64,000 nucleotides of DNA from a virus. The notes beneath the pieces are model-generated. The model had not been told where the DNA came from and did no database searches. It worked only from the letters and a program-made list of their open reading frames with translations. This document shows positions 44,981-54,730 of the stretch, one piece after another (the stretch's first letter is position 1; every line of letters begins with the position of its first letter). The stretch covers positions 31,386 to 95,385 of IMG/VR virus record IMGVR_UViG_3300032286_000925; one strand, 5' to 3'. A program made the translations under genes and the position numbers.

Positions 44981-45939
44981 TCACTACCTTTCTTCTCTTC
45001 ATCTTTACCGTAATAACCGTATGGGTCAGAAACCACATACATCTGTTCAATAGCAGCTTCAGCAGCACTACCGTCATCGATTAGAGGACAGATAGTGTAG
45101 AACTGACACTTCCATTTGCAGTCTTTAGTTGGGCGTGGGTACGCCACATAGTTAGGATCTGCACCAGAGTCAAGAGACTTCTTGACACTCATTAGATCAC
45201 TAATAGTACCATGAATGCGTTGCCAAAACGAACGCATAGTGAAAACATTATGGCGAACTTCAAGTTGCTCATAGAAAGGCGGTTTCGCATTAGCTGTGCG
45301 CTTTACTTTTTTAAGCATGGTAAAAATACCACCCTCAGAACGTTCGCCAGGTTCTTTGTTCTGAGCAGATTCTAGTAGCATGTAAGTTAAAATCTGCTCA
45401 TTCATTTGAGCCTGATTAGCAAAGTCAGAGAACGATCCGCCAACAGTTTTAAAGTCACGGAACATACGAACGCCATCTATCTTGCGACGAACACGCATAT
45501 CCAGCTTACCCTGAAGAATAACTTCTCCATCCATCATTGGCATTTCAATAATCTCTTCAGTAGAAATCATATCGAGCTCAGCATCAATACCTTCATCTTC
45601 TATCCACTGTAGATAGCCTTCAAGCATGATACGACCAAGTTCAGCTTCTGATTCCAAGTCAGAGGTGTCTCTGTATTCTTTTACTAGAGTTTCCATGTCC
45701 TTTTTTACAAGGTTAGCATGAGCATCCAACAAACCAACTTCACCGTTAGACGAGTAGTATTGGTCTAATGCCTCGTGGATACGAGAGCCAAGAGCAAGAG
45801 CACCTGTATAGTCCTTTTGCTTTGGCTGTAGGCGACGGTAGTAGTTTAGCCACCACTTACGTCGGCAATCCTTGAATACCTGAATCTCTGAGTTAGAGAG
45901 TCTGTATGGTAGTACTTCTTTTGTAGTTTCGTCATTCAT
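44977..45939 (-). CDS. Cas4/RecB-like PD-(D/E)XK exonuclease
   Basis: LSNS...CRRKWW, GSRIHEAL, GKLD, DFKT, CKWKCQFYTIC. Confidence 0.88.
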   Translation of the reverse strand: MNDETTKEVLPYRLSNSEIQVFKDCRRKWWLNYYRRLQPKQKDYTGALALGSRIHEALDQYYSSNGEVGLLDAHANLVKKDMETLVKEYRDTSDLESEAELGRIMLEGYLQWIEDEGIDAELDMISTEEIIEMPMMDGEVILQGKLDMRVRRKIDGVRMFRDFKTVGGSFSDFANQAQMNEQILTYMLLESAQNKEPGERSEGGIFTMLKKVKRTANAKPPFYEQLEVRHNVFTMRSFWQRIHGTISDLMSVKKSLDSGADPNYVAYPRPTKDCKWKCQFYTICPLIDDGSAAEAAIEQMYVVSDPYGYYGKDEEKKGSE

Positions 45940-45941
45940 AG

Positions 45942-47756
45942 TTATAGCTTACCTGCCTTATCGTCTTTTAGCAACTGCAATAGTTTATCTTTGTCACGGA
46001 CAATCTGCTCAAAGTTGTCCGCTTTAGTTTCTAGAACTTGGATCACGCGCTCCTCGATAGTACCTTCGGTCACATAGTCCATAATAATTACTGAGTCATG
46101 GATTTCAGAACCAATGCGGTGGATACGATCAAGAGCTTGTTTGTGGTCAACAAGTGACCATGGTCTTTGTAGCATAACAAGTCTGCGAGCTGCTGTCAAG
46201 GTGACACCCACACCACCCGCCTGTGCAGTAAATAAAATCCACTTAGTCTTACCAGATTGAAAATCATCGATAGACTTCTGACGCTCGTCTTCCGACTGGG
46301 CACCGGTGATTAGACCGTGAGCAATACCTTCTTTAGTTAGGCGTGCACTCAACAATTCAATGAGCTGACGAGATACGGCACAAACAGCAACACTATCATC
46401 TCCGAAGTCGCCCTCTTTAATATCATCCATAACAGCATCTACCTTACAGGATGGCTCTGACAAAATAGCTTTAGGTTCACCAGTAGTTTCATCGACTGTC
46501 ATTTCAGCAAATGAACTAGCAAACTGAGATAGACGAATGGTCTGAGTCAAAACACTAGGGGCTACAACTGTACCCCCGTTCTCAAGTTCTGCAATCATAT
46601 TGTCACGCATATCCTTATAAGCTTTAGCCTGCTTAGCTGACATCTCAACGTCGCGACGCTCAAACATCATTTCCGGTAGCCATGGAAGTACACGCGCCTT
46701 TAACATCCTACGCATGCGAGGATGGATGGAAGAATAGAACTCCTGCTCCATATGAGGCTTTACACCTAAAACCATCATTCCACCAAAAGCATTCAGCATT
46801 GTATCAACCATACGGTCAATCCACTTACCCTTGCTAGGCCATTCCTGAGGAGAAATCCAGTGAAGAATAGACCACATATCTAAAACATTGTTTGCAACTG
46901 GAGTACCAGTTAAGGCAAAACGAATCTCTGCATCTCCAGTAGCTGCCCATAGAGCACGAGTCTGCTTAGACTTAGGCTCTTTAGAACGGTGCATCTCGTC
47001 AGCAATAACCGATTTAAAGTCGATAGTGTTCAACTCACGTTGATGAACTTCGCACCTAGCTTCAGTAACTTTGTCATCCAAACCCTTACACTCAGGGCAA
47101 CGAGCTAAAGCAACAGAGCCATAAGGTGCTAATCGTGAGTGAGACCTTAAAGACTCCCAGTTGATAACGTACACGTCAGCCTCTTCTTCAAACTGCTTAC
47201 GACGCTGAGCAGCAGTCCCTTTAATAACTTGAATATTTAAACCAGATTCTGGCCACCACTTAGCGAACTCACGTTGCCAGTTCTTTTTAAGAGTATTCGG
47301 GCAAACAATCAAGGCTGGAAATACAGCTTCACCTTGATCCTGTAGTGCTTTTAGAGCACGGATTGCCTGAGCAGTCTTACCAAGACCCGGCTCGTCAGCA
47401 AGCAGGGCACGCTTAGCTGTGGCCAGAAATTTAACTCCCGCACGCTGGTGTGGGAAAAGATCTTGATCGCCCTCGCCATCTGGAAGTTCTTCCAGATCGC
47501 GTAGAGCATTGGATGGGTCTATCCTATCTAGTTTTTCTTTAGCAGCCCACTTTGATAGAGCAGGGCCTATAACAAGTTCATCTCTAAACGTTGACCTTAA
47601 AGCCAAGCAAGAAGACCAAGAAGTTGGCACTCTCCATAGTTGAGTTTTAGAGTCATAGGAAGCTCCAGGTAAGCTTTTACATAGTTCTTTAAATCGCCAA
47701 TCGGCTGTAATTAAAATGTGTGTGTTGGTTTGGTCTAGTTCAACACTGATAGGCAT
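45942..47756 (-). CDS. SNF2-family helicase
   Basis: LLADEPGLGKT, DEMH, LTGTP, QALDRIHRIG. Confidence 0.93.
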   Translation of the reverse strand: MPISVELDQTNTHILITADWRFKELCKSLPGASYDSKTQLWRVPTSWSSCLALRSTFRDELVIGPALSKWAAKEKLDRIDPSNALRDLEELPDGEGDQDLFPHQRAGVKFLATAKRALLADEPGLGKTAQAIRALKALQDQGEAVFPALIVCPNTLKKNWQREFAKWWPESGLNIQVIKGTAAQRRKQFEEEADVYVINWESLRSHSRLAPYGSVALARCPECKGLDDKVTEARCEVHQRELNTIDFKSVIADEMHRSKEPKSKQTRALWAATGDAEIRFALTGTPVANNVLDMWSILHWISPQEWPSKGKWIDRMVDTMLNAFGGMMVLGVKPHMEQEFYSSIHPRMRRMLKARVLPWLPEMMFERRDVEMSAKQAKAYKDMRDNMIAELENGGTVVAPSVLTQTIRLSQFASSFAEMTVDETTGEPKAILSEPSCKVDAVMDDIKEGDFGDDSVAVCAVSRQLIELLSARLTKEGIAHGLITGAQSEDERQKSIDDFQSGKTKWILFTAQAGGVGVTLTAARRLVMLQRPWSLVDHKQALDRIHRIGSEIHDSVIIMDYVTEGTIEERVIQVLETKADNFEQIVRDKDKLLQLLKDDKAGKL

Positions 47757-47833
47757 AATGCCATCCTTTCGTCATTACATACATACTAACACAAAAAAGG
47801 AAATATTATTCCCAAAAATGTATAGTATCTACA

Positions 47834-48301
47834 TTATTTTAGTAATTTCCTTGGAATCCAGCCACTTTTAGCTAATCTTAGTAGGGCGTGTCGTATTGCA
47901 TCAAGTGCATGACCCTCTCCACCACGGTGCCAATAGTCCAAGATTCTAATCTTTTCATTGTTAAACATAGCTTTAGCATCAGCTGGAGTTTGAAAATAGA
48001 TATCTTCTGGGGCTCTACCGTAATCCAGCATAACTTGCTTTAAGATTCCAATTTGCTCTAGTGAATACGGAGCCTGAGAGTTTCTTACTGTTTGAGCATT
48101 AATAGTAAATCTTTCGCAGACTACTTCTAATCTAGTCTCTGTCCCCCTAGCATATAAAAAAGCTCTACGTATAGGGTCTGCGTACTCGTGTTGCTGGTAC
48201 TCTCCAGACCAGAGCATTTCAGGTTCTTTATCATCTTCCCATTTAAATAGGCAAACTCCACTAGCCTTGCCAGGATCTACTGAAAGTATTAAACGTGTCA
48301 T
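47834..48301 (-). CDS. RuvC-like Holliday junction resolvase
   Basis: LSVDPGKASG, VCERF, HALDAIRH. Confidence 0.75.
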   Translation of the reverse strand: MTRLILSVDPGKASGVCLFKWEDDKEPEMLWSGEYQQHEYADPIRRAFLYARGTETRLEVVCERFTINAQTVRNSQAPYSLEQIGILKQVMLDYGRAPEDIYFQTPADAKAMFNNEKIRILDYWHRGGEGHALDAIRHALLRLAKSGWIPRKLLK

Positions 48302-50121
48302 TAGCGGTATTTTTCTCCCCAGTTCTCTAGCGGTCCATCAGCATCAGCAGTTAGGGGTACTGCCCATCCCTCAGTAGTAGTCATACATTGACGTACAAGT
48401 TGTTTTATTTCTTCTGCATCTTCGCGCGGAGCATTCAATACAATTTCGTCATGAACTGGGACAATCAAAAGTTCAGTTAAATCTGCCTTATCTAGTTTAA
48501 CTAGATTTGCTTTAAACACTTCGGCCGCACCACCTTGAATTAAATAGTTAACAAGAGTATACACTCTGTCTTCATCACAAGGCAAGCGACGTCCAGTCCA
48601 AGTATTCACATAACCCTGACCCTCAGCACGAAGCCTGCGCATACCGATATCTTCCACTTCTTTTTGAAACAGAGTCATGCCGGGAAAACGTAAATCAAAT
48701 GCATCAGACACAGAACGCATCTGATCCTCTGGAACACCAGCAGTTAGTGCTTGCTTAGCCACTCCAGCCCCATAAAGACGTCCGTAGACTACTCCCTTAA
48801 TAAGACTACGTCTCTTGTCAGACTTCATCATTGACGGGTCTTGGTAAATCTCACGGCCGATTTCAGTAAACGGATCTGAGCCGGTTGCATCAGCAAGGTT
48901 GAATAGAGAGATTAGGTTTGGATCTTTTGATAGAGATGCGAACATTCGGAACTCTACTTGGTCAAGGTCCGAAGTAATAATGACATGATTGTCATCCTTA
49001 GGCAAGAACGCACGACGCACAGTATCATCACCCTTAGGAAGAGTCTGTAGAGCAGGGGCAGTGATTGACATACGGCCAGTACGAGCACCTAGAGTTTTTA
49101 CCGACGGATGAACAAAACCATTTACATTATCTTCAATAAAGTTCTTAAAGTATGTGTTAGCCAACTTATCTGCTTTACGTTGTTTTAGCACAACATCGGC
49201 TAGTTGCTTAACCTCTGGAGAACCATCGATAAGGAGTTTTTTCATCTGATCTGCTGATGCAGACTTTTGACCAGACGGGGTAAACTCCGTAATTTCAGCA
49301 CCAAGATTTTCTAAAATTTTAACTAGCTGAATATTACTAGTGATAGATAACCCATACTGAGCCCTACCCCAATCTTTAACTTGCTCTGTGTATTGAACAA
49401 GTTCGTCGTATTTCTTTTTAGAATAGTCTAAATCTATACGAGCACCATTTAGTTCCATCCTAGTAACAACTTTACGAGCAGCCATCTCAAGCTCATAAGC
49501 TTGATTGTAAGGCATTCCAGGACCGCACTTTTCCCAAAACTGTTCAAAAAGTTTCATAGTAAGGACAGTATCGAGAGCACCATAAGCCCAATATGGCTCA
49601 AAATTTGTTGGCACAGTTCCCCATGTCCAACCATTTTTAGCCAGCTCCTGATCTAATACAGACTGCAACTGAGCAGCTTTTTGATCCACATATTGAGATG
49701 TAAGTTTTTTTAATGCACCAGACCCTAGAGGGTCAATAATTTGAGCCATGATCATAGTGTCATGGGATCTATGCCAGGGAATGTCCCAGCGAGACTGAAC
49801 ATCAAACCAGCGAGCTTCAAATGCAATGTTGTGGCACACAATAGGTCCATCAAATCTATTCATGGCTTCATAAAAAACACCAGACCACTCATCCCAAGGG
49901 ATAGACCACCCAGTCTGTCCGTCGCCAACCTGCACAAGGCGTAGGCGTCCATGCCAAGGTGATAGCGCATCGGCACGAGGTCTGCCCGGAAGCTCACCCG
50001 TTTCCGTGTCAATTGCAATAGCATCGTGTGGTCTACGCTCACCTAACCAAGAAATAAATTTCTCAGCTTCGGCTACGCTATTTATTAGATTTAGCTGTAC
50101 GTTTCCTAAACCAGTTGTCAT
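48301..50121 (-). CDS. polA: Family A DNA polymerase with 3'-5' exonuclease
   Basis: DTET, HNIAFE, YGALD; TGRMS..P.LQ, DLDQVEFR, KGVVYGRLYG, VHDE. Confidence 0.95.
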   Translation of the reverse strand: MTTGLGNVQLNLINSVAEAEKFISWLGERRPHDAIAIDTETGELPGRPRADALSPWHGRLRLVQVGDGQTGWSIPWDEWSGVFYEAMNRFDGPIVCHNIAFEARWFDVQSRWDIPWHRSHDTMIMAQIIDPLGSGALKKLTSQYVDQKAAQLQSVLDQELAKNGWTWGTVPTNFEPYWAYGALDTVLTMKLFEQFWEKCGPGMPYNQAYELEMAARKVVTRMELNGARIDLDYSKKKYDELVQYTEQVKDWGRAQYGLSITSNIQLVKILENLGAEITEFTPSGQKSASADQMKKLLIDGSPEVKQLADVVLKQRKADKLANTYFKNFIEDNVNGFVHPSVKTLGARTGRMSITAPALQTLPKGDDTVRRAFLPKDDNHVIITSDLDQVEFRMFASLSKDPNLISLFNLADATGSDPFTEIGREIYQDPSMMKSDKRRSLIKGVVYGRLYGAGVAKQALTAGVPEDQMRSVSDAFDLRFPGMTLFQKEVEDIGMRRLRAEGQGYVNTWTGRRLPCDEDRVYTLVNYLIQGGAAEVFKANLVKLDKADLTELLIVPVHDEIVLNAPREDAEEIKQLVRQCMTTTEGWAVPLTADADGPLENWGEKYR

Positions 50122-50143
50122 TTTCGTCCTTAAAAGTTATTAC

Positions 50144-50386
50144 TTAGGTCAGTGAATCAAAATCTCCGTCATCATCACCTATGTCATTAAACTCTGAGTC
50201 ATCATATTTATATGGTGCCATAGCTCCAGAGAATACTGTAACTCCAATTATATAGAGAGCTTCCTTTTTGTCAAATCCAGCACGTTGAAGAGCAATATAG
50301 ACTTCATGAAGTTCGACTCCAGCGATGTCCATACTAGTAAATCCAGAGTCCAAAGACAGGGGTTGATTATCGCCTTGATCTTCCAT
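50144..50386 (-). CDS. Hypothetical protein
   Basis: LHEVY.AL.RAGF...EAL motif common in phages. Confidence 0.65.
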   Translation of the reverse strand: MEDQGDNQPLSLDSGFTSMDIAGVELHEVYIALQRAGFDKKEALYIIGVTVFSGAMAPYKYDDSEFNDIGDDDGDFDSLT

Positions 50387-50398
50387 ATATACTTTCTT

Positions 50399-50869
50399 TT
50401 AAGGGATTATCTCTATTCTGTACACAGATTCTATACCAGAATCTACGTCAGACGCATCTTCAAGAAGCCTTTGGGCAACCTTTGTTAGATACCTAGCTCC
50501 ACCTTCATCAAATTTATAAAGGGCATCTAATACAGCAACAGGTTCATCGCTAACTTGGGACCAGTATCTACTTTTTTCAGGAAAGACTATATTAGCGTCT
50601 TTGGTGGCACCGCAATCTTCACATGAAACAGAATTTTTATGTAAACCAGTGCTTACCACTTCTTGTAGGCCATATCGTTTAACCAGAGCACATGAAGCAG
50701 TGTGGTACACCAAAGATACACCAATCCTAGACAGTATATAGGAACCACTCTCAGTTTTATAAAGTGTAAACTCAATCCAACGAGTAGAACCTTTTCTCCA
50801 AGAGGTGGATTCACTTAGTAGAACACCGTTAAACTGTAGTGTTCTGGATCCATCTCTAACTTCAAACAT
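50399..50869 (-). CDS. Hypothetical protein
   Basis: RTLQFNGVLL...RWIEFTLYKTESG.YIL. Confidence 0.65.
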   Translation of the reverse strand: MFEVRDGSRTLQFNGVLLSESTSWRKGSTRWIEFTLYKTESGSYILSRIGVSLVYHTASCALVKRYGLQEVVSTGLHKNSVSCEDCGATKDANIVFPEKSRYWSQVSDEPVAVLDALYKFDEGGARYLTKVAQRLLEDASDVDSGIESVYRIEIIP

Positions 50870-50870
50870 T

Positions 50871-51062
50871 TTATTTATCTGACTTTTTTGAATCGCTAGC
50901 AGTTAGCTCAGCAACGGTGTTTTCTAGTTCTTTAGTTTTAGCCTGCTCCATAGCCAAAAGGGCCTCTAGTTCAGCATTCAGATTCATAGACCTAGCTAGC
51001 TGGTCACGAGTAATTGTTAATACGTTATTTAGAACGGCAATTTGATTCTGCTCTTCTGTCAT
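50871..51062 (-). CDS. Small coiled-coil protein
   Basis: AAGGAG RBS; heptad pattern. Confidence 0.65.
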   Translation of the reverse strand: MTEEQNQIAVLNNVLTITRDQLARSMNLNAELEALLAMEQAKTKELENTVAELTASDSKKSDK

Positions 51063-51124
51063 TTTTTCTCCTTGTTATGTGTAGTTACGTATAGTAGAAT
51101 TCTACACTATTTTTAAGCCATTAA

Positions 51125-51259
51125 TTATCTTAAAGTTTGGGCAGTATCAAGGGCTTCTTGATATGTTTGATGAGTGGATACTGTAGCTCCAGTTATCATA
51201 TCAACAACTAAAAACTCGAAAGATCCGTCTTCTTTATCTAATTTTATTATATTGTACAT
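51125..51259 (-). CDS. 44-aa hypothetical protein
   Basis: Manual translation MYNIIKLDKEDG...; AGGA RBS directly after the tail gene. Confidence 0.45.
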   Translation of the reverse strand: MYNIIKLDKEDGSFEFLVVDMITGATVSTHQTYQEALDTAQTLR

Positions 51260-51265
51260 ATTTTC

Positions 51266-54200
51266 CTAGCTTATTGGTACGATTGCAATCATTCTATCAG
51301 CTGCTGTAGCAGTGTAGGATGCGCTATTAGATTGAATTAAAAATAATATTCTATATAAGGTATTTGGTTGTCCAGTAAATAAGAACATGGTTGCGGCAGT
51401 GCTAGCCACAGTTCCACTGCACTGAGCAGAGTTAGTTATAGAAGCTTCTCGTCTAACCGTTCCAACAGTAGTCACTACACCATTAGAATCCAGCCCATCT
51501 CTAATTCTTATAGACCCATAAATAGATCCAGCAGCGTTTGAGCTAAGGCCTCGCAAAGAGAAATAAATCATAGATGCCCCGGAGGCGGGGGTTCTAAAAT
51601 ACCCCGATAACCCTACAGAACCGTTACCCATAGTTGTGCTAGTTGTTGTAGAATTATCACTAGAGAACATGTGTCCGGCATGAATAGCAGTGTCGGGGTC
51701 ATTGTCAATAAGAGTTTTTCGATTATCAATAGTATACCCAGTAGAAAAACTAGGATTATCCTGATAATCCCTAAATACAGTTTTGTCTGCTAAAACATCG
51801 AAAGTAGCTTGATTCGAAGAATCTACCCAAACTCCAGCACTAGCGATTCTAGATAGAGAGTCTGGGTCGGTTCCGTCAGAAGATCTGGCATACACTTTTG
51901 ATGCAACAATGTCATATCCAACTGCTGAATCTGAGGCTATATGTTGAGTTTTAGATTCAGTAGTCCAAGAACCATCAAACACGGAAAGCTTATATCTACC
52001 ACTGGATGCAATAAGAGAACTATAGTCACCAAAAGACTTGTTAAAAGTTATAGCACTTGCCTTTGATGTACCATATGATGAAAACATATTTCCGTAGATA
52101 TCTAAAGCAGATAGACTAGTTAGAGTTCCGACAACAGGATTAGATATCAACGGTTGACCGCTATTAGGAGTGTAAGAGATAGCATCCATATATGACATAG
52201 TTGCTTTTTGAGTGTCTAGGTTTATATCTATCCATTTTTTAGGGGTATATATGGAATATGAAGCTCCAGGAGTTCCGGACCAAGCCGACAAAGATGTCAA
52301 TGAGTTGCTTAAGCTAGAAGACGAAGTGTCTCCATAAAAAAACTGAGTTTGACTAGAGAACATAAAGTTATCTAAAGTCAGACCAACAAATTGAGTCGAA
52401 GACGGCGTTGTGTATATGCTAGAACTTACAGTCTGAATGGGAGATATACTTTCAGTATAAGAGTTTTCATATAAATATGGATAAACTCTCAAGTAAATTG
52501 GGCTAGCTGCAGTGTATCCAGTAGAATCTAAAGATTGATACTGAGACATAAGTTTGCTTGAATCCACTTCAATAGGGTCAAATGTGTAAGAGCTAGCACC
52601 AGTTAGAGCTAGGTTTGAATCAAAATTACCTTCAATATCATTGAAACAGTATTCATTATAAGGCTGAGCCGTATTTGCCCAAGCAGAAAGAGTGGCTGCA
52701 GAAACGACATTTTCTATAGCAGTCGTTGCCCCATTAGAAAATTCAATTTTCAGATTTCTAAGATTATATGCAGCATCTACTATTTTATATGCTGCAATTG
52801 GCCTAGATACTCCTGAAGAAGATCTACTATAGACAGTCAATGAAGATGTAGATGGTTGTCTATTTTTTCCATTTTTTAAATAAATAGTAGATCCAACTAT
52901 ATTATATATTTTAAATATACGAAAATATGGACTTAAATAATTAATAGTCCAGTACTGGTCAAATTGATCGACATCCAGAGCACTAAAATCTAAATAAACT
53001 TTATCTCCGGTAGTAAATCTGTGATTTGTTGCCGTCATTTTTAATTGGGAAACAGTTGCAGTTGGAGTATCGCTACTGCCCGAAATAAATGTCCCAGTTA
53101 CGCCATTAGTTATCGTAAATGTGGTGCCGTTGGCTGTAGCAATCTTAACATCTGTAAGATTATAGACAGCTGGATACACTCCAGTAATAGATACAACATC
53201 ATTCGCAGCAAAAGTATTAGCAGCTGTATAAGTAACTGTAGTTCCATTGCCAGTGACGTTAGTGATATCGGCAGTTTTATATATCGCTTCTAGTGCAGAA
53301 ACTTTTTGACCTAAGTTTTTTCTGTATATAGCTTTAGGCCTATCTGTCCCATCACTGTATGTTTTAGCTCCAACGGCTAAAGAACCGGTAGGAGCAACGT
53401 TTCTAGTGTTGTCTAGCCATATAGTTGTATTGTTTGGGGTGTTTAGAACAGTGTGGGTAGTATCTTTTGTGCCAGACCCAGTTGCAAAATCAACAGAAGC
53501 CGAGTCCAATAAACTTAAATCTAAATATACAATATCGCCAGTGGTAATATTGGTATAAGTAGCAGTTGTAGTGACGACAAGGGTCGTAGCATTTGCTGTA
53601 ACGCTTTGCACCAGCGGTCCCTGACCTTCAAAAACATTCTCAAAATATAAATCCCCAGAAAGATACATATTTTTACCAGCAGCTAGGTGGCCATTATTTA
53701 CCGCGGACTCATAATCAATTGCAACCTTTGCATAGTAAGAACTATCAAAAGCTGTGTTAGCAGAAGAGTACGATAATCCATATGTGCTATGGCTAGCATA
53801 AGTAAGCACTTGACCCTTAAAATCAAACCCTTCATAAACTCTTCCAGAGCTTCCTGACGTTCCGGCAAAGCTCCAGCTAGCTGTGTTGTATACGGAAGTT
53901 ACTCCAGTCTCAAAGCTAGGATTTAGTACATAATTTACAGGAGATGCTGAAGAATACGCGATGCCCTCTGTAGAAAAATATCCATAATCTAAGATTTGCT
54001 TTCCATAATCTCTAATATATAGACCAGCTATGTCTTTATTAGATAAAGAAACGTAGCCAGTATCATTAACAGGAGTTTTTGTGAGCACATCACCAATATT
54101 AGAACCAGAACTAACAAAAGAGATGGTATCAGAGGATACAGAGATAATTCTAAAAGATGTAGGAGAATTTAAACTAGTGTTTGTCGTTACAGAAACAAAT

Positions 54201-54730
54201 ACATAATCACCTAGCTGGTATGTATGATTAGGGCACGTTATTGTAGCCACATTGTTTTCCCTATAAACATCGGTTATTGCAGTTGGAGTGTCTGTGTACG
54301 ATTTAAAAAGACCGACGTAAGTTCCAGAAGTTATATTTTTATCAGTTCCACCAAAGTCAGAACTTTCTAAGAATGTACCAAAAAGCCTACTGGACCCCAC
54401 ATAACGCTCAACGGCTGGATTACTTATGTTCCAATAACCAATAGTTCCAGTCTCAGCATTAATGTTTCCTCTAACAAAAACATTGGCAAATTCTGCCGTC
54501 CCATAACCATTTATAGACCAACCAACTTCTCCAGGAATATAGTCACTACTCCGAATAGAATTAGTGACTAGCTGAACAGTGGACGACAACTTATCGCCAG
54601 TAATAGAAGAATCGGCTATTGAAGATAATTTATTTCTATTTTTTAAGTCAATAATGTCCTGATTAGCTGCAGCAATATATGCTGAAAAATCTGCATTTCT
54701 TCTTACTCTTTTATTCGCCAATTTTGTCAA
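51266..54730 (-). CDS. Minor tail / tail-tip protein
   Basis: GWSINGYGTAEFANVFVRGNI.A..G.IG.W motif; NPSFE; beta-sandwich repeats. Confidence 0.8.
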   Translation of the reverse strand: MTKLANKRVRRNADFSAYIAAANQDIIDLKNRNKLSSIADSSITGDKLSSTVQLVTNSIRSSDYIPGEVGWSINGYGTAEFANVFVRGNINAETGTIGYWNISNPAVERYVGSSRLFGTFLESSDFGGTDKNITSGTYVGLFKSYTDTPTAITDVYRENNVATITCPNHTYQLGDYVFVSVTTNTSLNSPTSFRIISVSSDTISFVSSGSNIGDVLTKTPVNDTGYVSLSNKDIAGLYIRDYGKQILDYGYFSTEGIAYSSASPVNYVLNPSFETGVTSVYNTASWSFAGTSGSSGRVYEGFDFKGQVLTYASHSTYGLSYSSANTAFDSSYYAKVAIDYESAVNNGHLAAGKNMYLSGDLYFENVFEGQGPLVQSVTANATTLVVTTTATYTNITTGDIVYLDLSLLDSASVDFATGSGTKDTTHTVLNTPNNTTIWLDNTRNVAPTGSLAVGAKTYSDGTDRPKAIYRKNLGQKVSALEAIYKTADITNVTGNGTTVTYTAANTFAANDVVSITGVYPAVYNLTDVKIATANGTTFTITNGVTGTFISGSSDTPTATVSQLKMTATNHRFTTGDKVYLDFSALDVDQFDQYWTINYLSPYFRIFKIYNIVGSTIYLKNGKNRQPSTSSLTVYSRSSSGVSRPIAAYKIVDAAYNLRNLKIEFSNGATTAIENVVSAATLSAWANTAQPYNEYCFNDIEGNFDSNLALTGASSYTFDPIEVDSSKLMSQYQSLDSTGYTAASPIYLRVYPYLYENSYTESISPIQTVSSSIYTTPSSTQFVGLTLDNFMFSSQTQFFYGDTSSSSLSNSLTSLSAWSGTPGASYSIYTPKKWIDINLDTQKATMSYMDAISYTPNSGQPLISNPVVGTLTSLSALDIYGNMFSSYGTSKASAITFNKSFGDYSSLIASSGRYKLSVFDGSWTTESKTQHIASDSAVGYDIVASKVYARSSDGTDPDSLSRIASAGVWVDSSNQATFDVLADKTVFRDYQDNPSFSTGYTIDNRKTLIDNDPDTAIHAGHMFSSDNSTTTSTTMGNGSVGLSGYFRTPASGASMIYFSLRGLSSNAAGSIYGSIRIRDGLDSNGVVTTVGTVRREASITNSAQCSGTVASTAATMFLFTGQPNTLYRILFLIQSNSASYTATAADRMIAIVPIS

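Noticed and set aside
44977-45939. Cas4-like nuclease as evidence of CRISPR-Cas
   Set aside because: No repeat-spacer array or other cas gene seen; context is the standard Sak4/SSB recombination module
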